A stretch of DNA of 64,000 bases, taken from the IMG/VR virus record IMGVR_UViG_3300013713_000001, positions 64,001 through 128,000 of that record; one strand, written 5' to 3'. The stretch's first letter is position 1; every line of letters begins with the position of its first letter. Under the pieces are notes generated by a model. That model had not been told where the DNA came from, did not search any database, and worked only from the letters and a program-made list of their open reading frames with translations. The position numbers and the translations under genes were made by a program. Shown one piece after another: positions 1-8,723 of the stretch. The DNA comes from a virus. Its lineage: Duplodnaviria > Caudoviricetes.

Positions 1-1489
1 CAGAAGTCATCTTCTCGCCAGTGGCGATGTTGATGATCGGGAACTCCTGATCGATGTCCTTGATGTTGAAGGTCGCAGACACATGGCCCCACATGAGTGT
101 TTTCCAGATGGAAGTACCCAGCTCCAGCAGCACCTCTCGCTCTGCGGGATTTTCCAGCTCTTTGTTGACCGCACGAGCCGCATTGATCAGACCCAAGCCA
201 CAGCCCGGCAGTACACCGTTCTCCAGTGCACTACGAACAGCCTTCACAACGTCCTGGTAGCGGTCTACGCGCTCTTTGATCTCTTGGTTGGTCTCACCGC
301 CCACAAGGATGGTTACCACCTCACCACGAAGCTTACGGATGCGACGTTCGTTGATACGAGCCCGCGGGGTGAACTTGTCGCTGTAGCTGTAGGTGGCGAT
401 CTCTGCTTCGATCTCACCGATACGACGTTCGATGCGCGCTACCCCTTCTTCGTCGAGCTCATGGACCGAAGAACGTGTGAACCCGAGCACCAGCGGACTA
501 CGACGGATTTCGACGTTGGTCACGTTACGCAGTGCTTCAATGCCATTGGCATACGGAGCGCCGAGCATGCTGCCAATGTCCACCATCTCCGCAGCGCCCA
601 AACCGCCGCCGAGGTTGGTCTGCGCGACGACCACGCCAGGCAACCCGTTGACGTTGTACTTCTTCAACGAGTCCTGCTGGAGCAGGATGTGACTGAGGGT
701 ATTGATCGGATCTTTCTCGATGCTGCGAACCACAAGAACGATCGTGGCCAGCGACTTACCGTCATCCATCTGCTTGCGGATGTTGGTAATGCCGTCAAAG
801 AAGTCCTGCGGGTTAGCCCGGAGGATACGGTCATCGACCACCACCGGAACGTATTCTTTCAGGGTCACCTTGCTCGCGTTGTTCGTCCCTGCGAACCAGG
901 GGTCGGCGAGGTACATGTTGATTGCCCGACCTTCGAGACGTTCGGTCTCGTCAACCGACCCACGACCTGGCTTGATGTCGACGTCTGGGTAACCCTTCTC
1001 GCAGCTGCGGTAGATGTCCATTACCTGCTGGGCAAGGGACTCATCCTGGTTGGATGTGGTGAGGGCCACCTTGTAGAGCTCTTTGTCATTGAGCGCTACA
1101 AACTTGGCGGTTTGTTTCAGCGCTGCAATGAGCTTGTTCACCACCCGCTCAACCAGACGACGGTTCTTGAAGGAGCTGTCCCGACGCAGGATGGCATGAA
1201 TGACAGAAGTCAGCAGAACAGTGGTGGTGGTACCGTCCCCGCATTCGTCATCGGTCTTGATGGCAGGTTCCGAAATGATGCGGTTAACGATCTCTTCCTC
1301 AACAGTACCAAACTTGATGCTCTTGGCAACGGTAACGCCGTCTTTGGTGGTCCAGCTCGAATCACCACTGCCGATGAGGGCTACCTTGCCGTCTGGACCC
1401 ATGGTCGAGACTACCGCTTGCACCACACGTTCGAGCACACTGTCAATGAGACCGTCAGCTTCTTCACCCAGGTAAATTTTGTCAGCCAT
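1..1489 (-). CDS. groEL: GroEL-like phage chaperonin (EL gp146-like), 3' end beyond window
   Basis: Manual minus-strand translation from ATG at 1489 (GGAG RBS): MADKIYLGEE..STMGPDG..TTKDGVTVAKSI..ECGDGTTTT..VGGETNQEIKERVDRYQDVVKAVRSALENGVLPGCG..INIATGE. These are hallmark group I chaperonin motifs. Absent from the ORF track because it has no stop inside the window. Confidence 0.95.
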   Translation of the reverse strand, partial: MADKIYLGEEADGLIDSVLERVVQAVVSTMGPDGKVALIGSGDSSWTTKDGVTVAKSIKFGTVEEEIVNRIISEPAIKTDDECGDGTTTTVLLTSVIHAILRRDSSFKNRRLVERVVNKLIAALKQTAKFVALNDKELYKVALTTSNQDESLAQQVMDIYRSCEKGYPDVDIKPGRGSVDETERLEGRAINMYLADPWFAGTNNASKVTLKEYVPVVVDDRILRANPQDFFDGITNIRKQMDDGKSLATIVLVVRSIEKDPINTLSHILLQQDSLKKYNVNGLPGVVVAQTNLGGGLGAAEMVDIGSMLGAPYANGIEALRNVTNVEIRRSPLVLGFTRSSVHELDEEGVARIERRIGEIEAEIATYSYSDKFTPRARINERRIRKLRGEVVTILVGGETNQEIKERVDRYQDVVKAVRSALENGVLPGCGLGLINAARAVNKELENPAEREVLLELGTSIWKTLMWGHVSATFNIKDIDQEFPIINIATGEKMTS

Positions 1490-1529
1490 CTTAATCTCCA
1501 CTTACAGAAATAAACAATAAAGGTTACTA

Positions 1530-1556
1530 CACCCAAGTAATATAGGTGTGAGTTTT
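1530..1556 (-). promoter_or_regulatory. phiKZ-type early (virion RNAP) promoter upstream of chaperonin
   Basis: Exact TATATTAC (plus strand GTAATATA 1537-1544) in the context ACCTATATTACTTGGGTG. Confidence 0.8.
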
Positions 1557-1557
1557 T

Positions 1558-1749
1558 CTACTTGTGCACGTAATCCAGAACGAGCATGACAAGCATTGGA
1601 ACACCCATCCACACAAACACCATAAACAGCCTGAAGAAGTACCCTCTCCACCGGCGCTTACGTTTCTCTCGTTTCAGAAATGTGTTCCAGTACTCATCTG
1701 CAAACAACCGTGCTTCGGCAACACTGTCGGGTTTATTAGGGTCTAGCAC
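1558..1749 (-). CDS. small membrane protein
   Basis: Likely GTG start MLDPNKPDSV; basic cluster then C-terminal TM helix (FFRLFMVFVWMGVPMLVMLVL). Confidence 0.55.
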   Translation of the reverse strand: MLDPNKPDSVAEARLFADEYWNTFLKREKRKRRWRGYFFRLFMVFVWMGVPMLVMLVLDYVHK

Positions 1750-1753
1750 GGGA

Positions 1754-1858
1754 TCACCACTGAGAGGTGACGTGACTGACCACGAAGAAAGCAACCCCCA
1801 ACACAACCACCTTCATCAAACTGTGTATCAACCCAGGGACAACGTGTTTCCGGTACAT
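1754..1858 (-). CDS. 34-aa membrane peptide (not in ORF track)
   Basis: MYRKHVVPGLIHSLMKVVVLGVAFFVVSHVTSQW*; fills the gap tightly between neighbours. Confidence 0.45.
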   Translation of the reverse strand: MYRKHVVPGLIHSLMKVVVLGVAFFVVSHVTSQW

Positions 1859-1860
1859 TC

Positions 1861-2550
1861 CTATTCCTTGATTACTTTTATGTCACTGTCTTGGGGGAGT
1901 AGATTATGCAACTCACCTGCCTCGTGACGGTCGTTTAACTTCTTGACGGACGCCAATGCATTTTCCAGCGATTTTGCAAGGCCTTCCAGCCAAGCCCATT
2001 TACTCTCCAGGTTACTGATCTGGGTCTTCTCCATAAAGCTGTCAGTGTAAGGACCGTAATAGTCCAACCACAGGTGAATAGAGCGTGTACAGTCAGCAAC
2101 GTAGAATTTACCTCCCCCTTTTGCGGTAATCTCGTAAAAACAATAACCGGTATAGGGAGTCTCCGGAATGTTTTCGTTGAGCCAGAACCGCTTCTGTTCC
2201 TCAGGGTATTCACCTGGGTTCTTGACGCGGTTACGGCATTCCTTGACCACGTACCGAATGGCGTCTCGAACAAGGGTCAGCTTGTTGCTAAACCTTACGA
2301 GCCCTTCGTCGTGTTCATCCGAGTGCAAACGAATAGTCGTATTGCCGTAGCGGATGTTAAAACTTGCACCCCAACGAAACCTCCGCTGGCCTGGTTCAAT
2401 CATGTTGCCTTCTCGGTCGTAACGAGCCTGTTTAAAGGCAGGAGAGATGGACATGTTGTAAAAGGTGCAGTCTGCACTCATTTCGTCGTGGAGGTAGGTA
2501 ATACTGGGTAGCCATTCTTTCTTGAGCTCTAACAACGAGGGCCCTGACAT
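1861..2550 (-). CDS. hypothetical protein with two beta-sheet+helix repeats
   Basis: ORF track; better start MSGPSLL at 2550 with GGGAG RBS. Confidence 0.7.
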   Translation of the reverse strand: MSGPSLLELKKEWLPSITYLHDEMSADCTFYNMSISPAFKQARYDREGNMIEPGQRRFRWGASFNIRYGNTTIRLHSDEHDEGLVRFSNKLTLVRDAIRYVVKECRNRVKNPGEYPEEQKRFWLNENIPETPYTGYCFYEITAKGGGKFYVADCTRSIHLWLDYYGPYTDSFMEKTQISNLESKWAWLEGLAKSLENALASVKKLNDRHEAGELHNLLPQDSDIKVIKE

Positions 2551-2573
2551 AACGTGTACTCCCAACTCTGCAT

Positions 2574-2693
2574 CTAGGGGAAATGCCGAATGATCCAAAT
2601 CAGTCCCCCTACAACATAGGCGAATGCAATCACCCCAAAAGTGTTAGACCAATAGACCTCAGCAGTAGTTCTTCTTGTTTTGTGCGTGTTCAT
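2574..2693 (-). CDS. 39-aa membrane peptide (not in ORF track)
   Basis: MNTHKTRRTTAEVYWSNTFGVIAFAYVVGGLIWIIRHFP*; single TM, AAGG upstream. Confidence 0.5.
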   Translation of the reverse strand: MNTHKTRRTTAEVYWSNTFGVIAFAYVVGGLIWIIRHFP

Positions 2694-2724
2694 GTTAAAC
2701 CTTGATAAAAAAGGATACACCACC

Positions 2725-2749
2725 CTTCCTAGCGGGTTAGGCTAGGAAG
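2725..2749 (-). terminator. hairpin terminator
   Basis: CTTCCTAGC/GCTAGGAAG 9-bp stem after the 2764 ORF, T-run further downstream on the minus strand. Confidence 0.55.
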
Positions 2750-2763
2750 AGTAATGAATTCAC

Positions 2764-3024
2764 TTACTTCGCCACCAGGTAGTATGCGTTGCCCAGTTTT
2801 TCGAAACGGCTGTTCTCACAGCTGACGTTGGTGTCCGTGTGGATCTCGATCTTGGCACCGAGGTTGAACGCCGACACCACGCGCCCGACGATATGCTCCT
2901 GCTTCACTTCACCGGTCTCGAAACGCGCCCGGGTGATGATGTGAATCCCTTCTGCTTTCAACTGACCGCTGATCAGCTTGAAGGTGTTCATTGGGATCTT
3001 TTGTTGAATCTTGACTTTGGACAT
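2764..3024 (-). CDS. hypothetical protein
   Basis: 86 aa, AGGA RBS, strong C/G-ending codon bias. Confidence 0.75.
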   Translation of the reverse strand: MSKVKIQQKIPMNTFKLISGQLKAEGIHIITRARFETGEVKQEHIVGRVVSAFNLGAKIEIHTDTNVSCENSRFEKLGNAYYLVAK

Positions 3025-3058
3025 TTCTGTTCCTTAGTGAGCGCATCGCGCTGGGTGG

Positions 3059-3337
3059 TTAAAGTAAGCCTTTCGAATGCGGAACGGCGTAACCGTAGGT
3101 AAACAACAGCAGGCTGACAAAGGTGACCACCAACCAGAACATGGTCGGAAAGGTGGCGGCCCTTATCCGTTTAGTCAGGTCTTTCAGCTCATCAACCTGC
3201 CCCTTAGATACCAGGGGGTCACGGTTGAAAACCTGGGTGAACTTTGTCGTGAGCCTGAAGAACAGGAAGCAGTAGAACAGAAACCATGCGAAAGACACGA
3301 AGTGCGCGATTTCAAGCAAGATGGCCCATACCGGCAT
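3059..3337 (-). CDS. two-TM membrane protein
   Basis: Two hydrophobic helices; GGAG RBS. Confidence 0.7.
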   Translation of the reverse strand: MPVWAILLEIAHFVSFAWFLFYCFLFFRLTTKFTQVFNRDPLVSKGQVDELKDLTKRIRAATFPTMFWLVVTFVSLLLFTYGYAVPHSKGLL

Positions 3338-3340
3338 GGG

Positions 3341-3997
3341 TTATTCTCCTTTGCCCTGAGGGCCAGGGCGTTTGCGGAAGAACACCGAGTCCGGGTTCAG
3401 GATCGGCTTCCACTGTGCGGCATGGGTCTCGCAGAACGTGTGGGTATCCTGTTCCCGGGTCTCGGAGACCAGGCATTTCCGGCAAGTGCGCGAAGCTGTT
3501 GATCCGGCGTACTTTACGTTCTCCCAGTTGGTCCACGGGTGTCCGAAATGACGGCAATAGAAGAAACGCCAGGCCAGGCGGTAGAAGGCGTTCGTCACCG
3601 GGTATTCACGAGCCAGGGTAAACATGAAGTGCGACCGCGTTACCTTGCGGAGCCAGATCCCATGAAGTTTGCTGGAAGAGGTGTACGTTTTGAAGTACTG
3701 GTAGATGTAAGGCAGGAGACTGCGGTAGCTGGAGATCAGTCCCAGTACGATCGTCAGCAGCCACCCCCACAGAGGCACGATGAACACCCCGGTCTCTTGG
3801 AACAGCAACGCCAGGAACTGAGGGGCCATGAAACGAACAACACCCAGCCAGGGAGAGAGCTGAGTGACAAGATTAGCAAGTTTCAACCAATCATCCCGCC
3901 GCTGGCCCATCACCAGGAGGCTTTGCCGGTGCATCACCAGCTTGTAATAGTAGAGCTCGAAGACAACCATGGATGTCAACGTCCAAAGAGCAAGCAT
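3341..3997 (-). CDS. membrane protein with C-terminal Cys/His (Zn-ribbon-like) domain
   Basis: Three TM segments then CRHFGH...CRKC...HTFC. Confidence 0.7.
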   Translation of the reverse strand: MLALWTLTSMVVFELYYYKLVMHRQSLLVMGQRRDDWLKLANLVTQLSPWLGVVRFMAPQFLALLFQETGVFIVPLWGWLLTIVLGLISSYRSLLPYIYQYFKTYTSSSKLHGIWLRKVTRSHFMFTLAREYPVTNAFYRLAWRFFYCRHFGHPWTNWENVKYAGSTASRTCRKCLVSETREQDTHTFCETHAAQWKPILNPDSVFFRKRPGPQGKGE

Positions 3998-4049
3998 AAC
4001 GGTGTTCCTTATAGTGAGCGAATAAGATACGGCGGTTTGCTAAAGAGTG

Positions 4050-4502
4050 TTATTGGAGCTCGTCGACAATGGCTTTGTTGACCTGTCTGAAACAGAGTGC
4101 CTTCTGACCTTCGAACACGGGCCAGTTAAGAATCCATACAGGATGCCAGGTTTTAACCTCGGTCACGCCGAATTTGACCGTAGCGTCCCCGCGGGTGGTA
4201 GCAGTCAGGCGGACCATGTTTGGATAGTCCGTGTAACCCCTGGTCAGGTTCTCGTAGATCTTGAAGAGACGTGCTAGTGCATCCTGGTCCTTTACCCCAA
4301 CCATGATGTAACCCATCCCAGGCGTCTTACCCTTGGGATGACCCTCGCACGACCAGATCGAAACCAGCCCAGCCATGCGATTAAGTGCGATCAAGCCTTC
4401 CATCACCCCTTGGTCATGGTCGGGATTGCCTTGTATCTCGCCCTTGGCTTCAGCCCATCGTTCACAGAGCTTAACAAACTTGTCGGGTGGCATAAAGTTC
4501 AT
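4050..4502 (-). CDS. TYW3/Taw3-fold-like protein (SCEGH motif)
   Basis: D-x3-..LIALNRMAGLVSIWSCEGH resembles the Taw3 D..I..L..IN...TTSSCSGR segment; paralog of 4509..4955. Confidence 0.6.
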   Translation of the reverse strand: MNFMPPDKFVKLCERWAEAKGEIQGNPDHDQGVMEGLIALNRMAGLVSIWSCEGHPKGKTPGMGYIMVGVKDQDALARLFKIYENLTRGYTDYPNMVRLTATTRGDATVKFGVTEVKTWHPVWILNWPVFEGQKALCFRQVNKAIVDELQ

Positions 4503-4508
4503 AGCAGA

Positions 4509-4955
4509 TTACTCCAGTACAGTAAGGGAGGCAGTGTTGATATGTTGGAAGATCTGGGGGACCTCACGGAAGTCGAAGCCCCATTTCAAAGTCCAGACAG
4601 GGTAGGACGCTGCATTAGGTCCTTTCTCCCGTAAGGTGATGTCGTGTTTGTATTCGGTCATTAGTACGCTTTCGTACGCCTTTCCGCGTAGTTCGATAAG
4701 CCGTGACTGGAACTTGAACAGTGCGGCCAGACCCTGTTCGCCCAGAACGCCAAAGGTGATGTAGCCGTAACCACGCCCGGCGGCGTTCAGAGTCCCCTGG
4801 CGGGAATTAACCGTAACGAGCTCAGGGTGCTTATTGACAGTAATAATCGCCATCAGGATCTCAGGATCAAACTGGGATCGGTCTTCGAGAAAGATCGAGG
4901 CTTTGTCGTAGCGGTATTCCAACCGCTCAAAGGTGTCCGGGTGCATGAAGTTCAT
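4509..4955 (-). CDS. paralog of 4050..4502 with degenerate motif (SRQGT)
   Basis: MNFMHPDTF vs MNFMPPDKF; GYGYITFGV vs GMGYIMVGV; YPVWTLKW vs HPVWILNW. Confidence 0.75.
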   Translation of the reverse strand: MNFMHPDTFERLEYRYDKASIFLEDRSQFDPEILMAIITVNKHPELVTVNSRQGTLNAAGRGYGYITFGVLGEQGLAALFKFQSRLIELRGKAYESVLMTEYKHDITLREKGPNAASYPVWTLKWGFDFREVPQIFQHINTASLTVLE

Positions 4956-4958
4956 GGC

Positions 4959-5366
4959 TTATTTCTCCCGAGGACTGGATGGTGGAAACGGAGCATGTCT
5001 CTTGTAAAACGCGTGAACTGAGAGCATGTTGTCTAACATCCGTTTAGTAGCGGCTGCCACCCGTGGGTCCATGTAGATACTTGTCATTTCGCCATGGTCG
5101 TTTTCTTCATCCACCGAGATAATTCGGTTATTTACCACCGCCAGTTTGTAGCGGCGGTGGTACTCGGTTTCATCTTCACCGTAGAGCTCAAAGCACAGTT
5201 CGTTGATCACAAGGTCAGGATCACCCGGTTTACGGATATAGCCATCCTTGTCGATGTTCAGGATCGCAAGTGTGCAACCCAGCGTATTGCTCTGGTAAAA
5301 GTCTTTTGGTGGAATGATCTTTACCTTGCTGTCTCTGTCTACTGTTACTTCGTCATAAAGTCCCAT
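4959..5366 (-). CDS. hypothetical phage protein
   Basis: MGLYD..FYQSNTLGCTL..IDKDG pattern; GAGG RBS; first gene after an early promoter. Confidence 0.75.
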   Translation of the reverse strand: MGLYDEVTVDRDSKVKIIPPKDFYQSNTLGCTLAILNIDKDGYIRKPGDPDLVINELCFELYGEDETEYHRRYKLAVVNNRIISVDEENDHGEMTSIYMDPRVAAATKRMLDNMLSVHAFYKRHAPFPPSSPREK

Positions 5367-5398
5367 AGTACAATCCTCAAAACAAATGATGGTTATTC

Positions 5399-5420
5399 AA
5401 CCTAATAATGTAGGTTTGAA
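5399..5420 (-). promoter_or_regulatory. early promoter variant
   Basis: TTCAAACCTACATTAT; the same 16-mer occurs at ~27413 and ~62055. Confidence 0.7.
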
Positions 5421-5434
5421 GAAATATAGAAAAC

Positions 5435-5468
5435 AAAAAAAATAAAGCAGGCGGTTAGGCCTGCTTTA
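5435..5468 (-). terminator. rho-independent terminator
   Basis: TAAAGCAGGC/GCCTGCTTTA stem plus poly-T on the minus strand. Confidence 0.8.
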
Positions 5469-5475
5469 GCGGTGG

Positions 5476-5973
5476 TTAGGCTAGGGAGTCCAGCCTCTGA
5501 ACAATCCCGACTCCCCCTGACCGGAGTTCAGATGTCCAGGTAACCAGTTCCCCTTTGCTGTTGGGCATTGCAAAGAAGGACCGGTTATAAGGGATCTCGG
5601 TGGACCCCCAGGAGGCACTGGTCCGGTAGAACCTTTGCTCATGCCGTACCGACCGCTGAAAGAACCACGATGGTTTAGGAATCATCACTGCCAATTGTGG
5701 TTCCAACACGCACGTCAGCGTGGAATGGGCAGTTCTCTCCTGAAGGACCAGCTCGAAGAGGTCTTTGTCCTCGCGGATGACCTCATAGAGCTTGTTGTGC
5801 TCCACGTAAGCCCTGACCTCATCTACCAGGTGTTCCGGGCGCTGAATGACCGGCCACCCTGCCACAAAAGAAATAAACTTGAAACGCTGGTAGAGTTGAT
5901 ACCAGAGTGTATCGTTATTGGCCTCTTGGATAAACAAGCTGTTGAGTTCGAACACTAAGCGGTTAGTCTTCAT
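5476..5973 (-). CDS. hypothetical protein
   Basis: ORF track, operon packing. Confidence 0.7.
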   Translation of the reverse strand: MKTNRLVFELNSLFIQEANNDTLWYQLYQRFKFISFVAGWPVIQRPEHLVDEVRAYVEHNKLYEVIREDKDLFELVLQERTAHSTLTCVLEPQLAVMIPKPSWFFQRSVRHEQRFYRTSASWGSTEIPYNRSFFAMPNSKGELVTWTSELRSGGVGIVQRLDSLA

Positions 5974-5985
5974 GGCTGTATCTCG

Positions 5986-6438
5986 TTAAGGGATCTGGAG
6001 CTTGCGGTTCTTTTCTTCCTTCGAGACAATCTGTAACGACCAGCGGGATATGGGCGCAACAAGGGTCTTCCCGTAGGCAGTCTTGGTCTCGTCCATGAGG
6101 TGTTCGTTACCCGGACGAATGATGAGAAAGACCTCGTCTTCCCCTTTCTCGAGGATGTCGTAGTACCGCGGGTTGTCCCGGAACCAGCGACGGATGACCC
6201 CGATCAGACCCGACGGATGACCCATGTCCATCGAGGTGTGGTAGAGTCGCTTTGCTTCAATCAACGCAGCGCCGGCCAGGTTCCAGCCGTTGTCCGAGTC
6301 CTGCTTGAAGTACGACGACAGGGGGAGAACAACCCAGCCCTCTTGGGTATGTTCGTTGATTTCGTAAACCATAGCACCCAGAGCGAGTGCTGCTTCTGGC
6401 TTACCTTCTGGAATAATGAACTTTTCAAACGTCTTCAT
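5986..6438 (-). CDS. hypothetical protein
   Basis: Start MKTFEK with GAGGA RBS. Confidence 0.7.
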   Translation of the reverse strand: MKTFEKFIIPEGKPEAALALGAMVYEINEHTQEGWVVLPLSSYFKQDSDNGWNLAGAALIEAKRLYHTSMDMGHPSGLIGVIRRWFRDNPRYYDILEKGEDEVFLIIRPGNEHLMDETKTAYGKTLVAPISRWSLQIVSKEEKNRKLQIP

Positions 6439-6599
6439 TGGAAAATCCTCAGTTATAGAGCGGTTGCTCCTTGGGCACAAGCAAATCGGTATACCACGTC
6501 AGCGTGTCACCTTTCCTTATCCCCGTGTGTTCTCCACGAAGAAAGAAACAAAGTGTACCGTGGGCGATGAGAACCCCGGAGGGTCTCACCGCCTTTACC

Positions 6600-7079
6600 T
6601 TAAAAACGGTATACTTGCTGACTGCGGCGTATTCCCCCGGCTTCAACTGCAAACAGTGATTCGGAAGCAACGACATGTTGGCTTCCCCCTTTTGGCTTCT
6701 CGAAACTGCAATCGGAGAACAGCTCTTTGTCCCCGAAGAAAGCATCGCTATTGGTAACCAGGTGACTGATCCCCACCTGGATAGCGCCTTTTTCTTTGTA
6801 GATGTACAGCAACTCCAGACCCATCTGGTAGGTCTGAACCTCTACATCCCCCAACCCCACATCTTCAGGGTTGACTTTGGCGAAACGCTGACCGAGCGGG
6901 TATTGCAAGACCTCTTCAGCGTCCACCGAGAATTTGCTTTCCTGAGGCTCCAGTTTAATGTCGTGGAAGACCTCAGGTGAGTTCGCGTAACCCCACTGTT
7001 TACAGATCAGGGTTTCGGCTTGAACGTTAAGGGAGAACAGTACGATAAATGCAGCAGAAATCAACTTCATGTGAATCAT
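6600..7079 (-). CDS. secreted/periplasmic protein
   Basis: Signal peptide MKLISAAFIVLFSLNVQA; two Cys (ICKQ...SDCS). Confidence 0.7.
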   Translation of the reverse strand: MIHMKLISAAFIVLFSLNVQAETLICKQWGYANSPEVFHDIKLEPQESKFSVDAEEVLQYPLGQRFAKVNPEDVGLGDVEVQTYQMGLELLYIYKEKGAIQVGISHLVTNSDAFFGDKELFSDCSFEKPKGGSQHVVASESLFAVEAGGIRRSQQVYRF

Positions 7080-7104
7080 CCTTTTCAGGCAAATAGGTTA
7101 CAGA

Positions 7105-7650
7105 TCAGTTACCAGCAATTTCCAGCAGGTCGGTCATCTTCAGGTTAGCCACTTCGTCCAAGTGGGTCTTGAAGTTGTCAATGATCCCGCCGACTTCTTC
7201 GGCCCAGGTCCGGTAGCCTTCCGAACGGTCCTTACGGAAGCCCAGGCATGCGTCGAGCAGGTTACGACCGTACATGTGAATCTCGAGGCGGTTGTTTGTC
7301 TGCACGGCATAAAACATGGTGGGCCATTCCTGTTCAACCACCCAGGTCTTGCTCACCGATTCGCCCACTGGCACGTGGATGCTGCGGCGACGCTCACACC
7401 AGTCGCGTGCTTCGGTAAGTGCGCTGCACAGCTCGAGTACTTCGTTAGCGTGAAACGCCAGGGAACTGGTGATGGATTTGATGTCGGTCCCATCAAACGT
7501 CAGCACGTTGGTGCGGAACAGTCGACCTTTCTCTTGAAGGCGGACACCCACGCTAACAGCAATCTTGCCTTTACCGCACTTGATGGCAGAGGATTGAACC
7601 ACGTTGGAACGACCAGTCAATTCACTACGGCTGAACAGTTTCATAAACAT
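7105..7650 (-). CDS. hypothetical protein
   Basis: ORF track, operon packing. Confidence 0.7.
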   Translation of the reverse strand: MFMKLFSRSELTGRSNVVQSSAIKCGKGKIAVSVGVRLQEKGRLFRTNVLTFDGTDIKSITSSLAFHANEVLELCSALTEARDWCERRRSIHVPVGESVSKTWVVEQEWPTMFYAVQTNNRLEIHMYGRNLLDACLGFRKDRSEGYRTWAEEVGGIIDNFKTHLDEVANLKMTDLLEIAGN

Positions 7651-7677
7651 ACCCCTATAGGCAAATGAGAAGCAGAA

Positions 7678-8232
7678 CTAGATGATGGCAACCGCGTCGT
7701 TAATGTCGATCGCCATGAATTGGTCACGGTATCCAACAAGACACTCACGAAGCTCGGTGAGCCGTGCGATTCCATATTTCAGATGATCCGGTTTGGTCAA
7801 CTCGAACCCCAGGTTTAAGCCTGAAGAGTTACGAGAAAAGATGTCAATGCGAACTTCGGTGGCTGATCGGCTGCCATGAATAAAGAGCGGGTTGTGGCCA
7901 ACGATGGTTGACCCATGGAACCATCGATCACTGGTCCTTAACCACTCAATAGTCTCGTCGAACGCGGCGATGTGCTCGTTGACTGCCCGGTAATGTCCCA
8001 TAAGCTTTTCTACAACCGCGGTATACTCCTTAGCGTAGATAGCCTTGTCCTTCAGTCGCGCCAGGGACTGGAGGTTGATAATGGTCTTCAACCCGATAGC
8101 CCCACTGGACCCAAACTCCAGGTCCACCCGGGTCATAAAGGTTCCATTGTCAACGTTAGCGCGATTGCTGTAGACAACAGAACGATTTCGAAAAGAGTGT
8201 ATCAGCCGACGTTCGGTAAAAAGAGTAGCCAT
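7678..8232 (-). CDS. hypothetical protein
   Basis: Probable start MATLF just after the upstream stop at 8235. Confidence 0.65.
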   Translation of the reverse strand: MATLFTERRLIHSFRNRSVVYSNRANVDNGTFMTRVDLEFGSSGAIGLKTIINLQSLARLKDKAIYAKEYTAVVEKLMGHYRAVNEHIAAFDETIEWLRTSDRWFHGSTIVGHNPLFIHGSRSATEVRIDIFSRNSSGLNLGFELTKPDHLKYGIARLTELRECLVGYRDQFMAIDINDAVAII

Positions 8233-8234
8233 GC

Positions 8235-8480
8235 TTAGTGCCTGTTCGTGAAGTGGAAGTCTTGCAGTGTAGTAATCGATTCGTACGTGGACCACGCCAG
8301 GGTAAAGAGGAAGAGGGCCAGAAAGACCACACCCCAGCGCAGATGGACCCGCTTAAGTTCGAATGCGTGCTTAGGCAGTCGGTCCAAACAACTGACCTGC
8401 ATCCATAAGCACATCAGCAGTACCGGAAGCGGGGAAAGGCAGATGAGTATGTTAAGCGTTACCATCGTCATGACAAGCAT
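8235..8480 (-). CDS. two-TM membrane protein
   Basis: Two hydrophobic helices. Confidence 0.6.
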   Translation of the reverse strand: MLVMTMVTLNILICLSPLPVLLMCLWMQVSCLDRLPKHAFELKRVHLRWGVVFLALFLFTLAWSTYESITTLQDFHFTNRH

Positions 8481-8677
8481 CCTTTATTTTCTCTGCCTAC
8501 CAACAGCGCTGTGTTACGCTCGTCAGCCGGCAAGGTACCAAGGTAGTCCATGTAGGCCAGGGTTTGTTTAAGTCCTTTAGCAATCTCCACAAGCTTGAGC
8601 TTACCCCAGCTTACCACATGGGTATCGTGAAGCAGGTGATCGTTCCCCTTCAAATTAGCATTGAAGTCAAGCGCCAT
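8468..8677 (-). CDS. hypothetical protein
   Basis: AGGA RBS; first gene after an early promoter. Confidence 0.65.
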   Translation of the reverse strand: MALDFNANLKGNDHLLHDTHVVSWGKLKLVEIAKGLKQTLAYMDYLGTLPADERNTALLVGRENKGCLS

Positions 8678-8698
8678 ATTAATTCCTTTGTATTAATC

Positions 8699-8723
8699 TA
8701 CCCAAGTGATATAGGCTTAAAAA
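8699..8723 (-). promoter_or_regulatory. early promoter variant
   Basis: AAGCCTATATCACTTGGGT. Confidence 0.7.

Noticed and set aside
83-1513. 476-aa plus-strand ORF
   Set aside because: Antisense shadow of the chaperonin; no motifs, explained by biased codon usage on the real strand.
6449-6745. ORF overlapping the end of the secreted protein gene
   Set aside because: May be real from MSLLP (~6676) since it fills a gap, but the long overlap and lack of motifs leave it unsupported.
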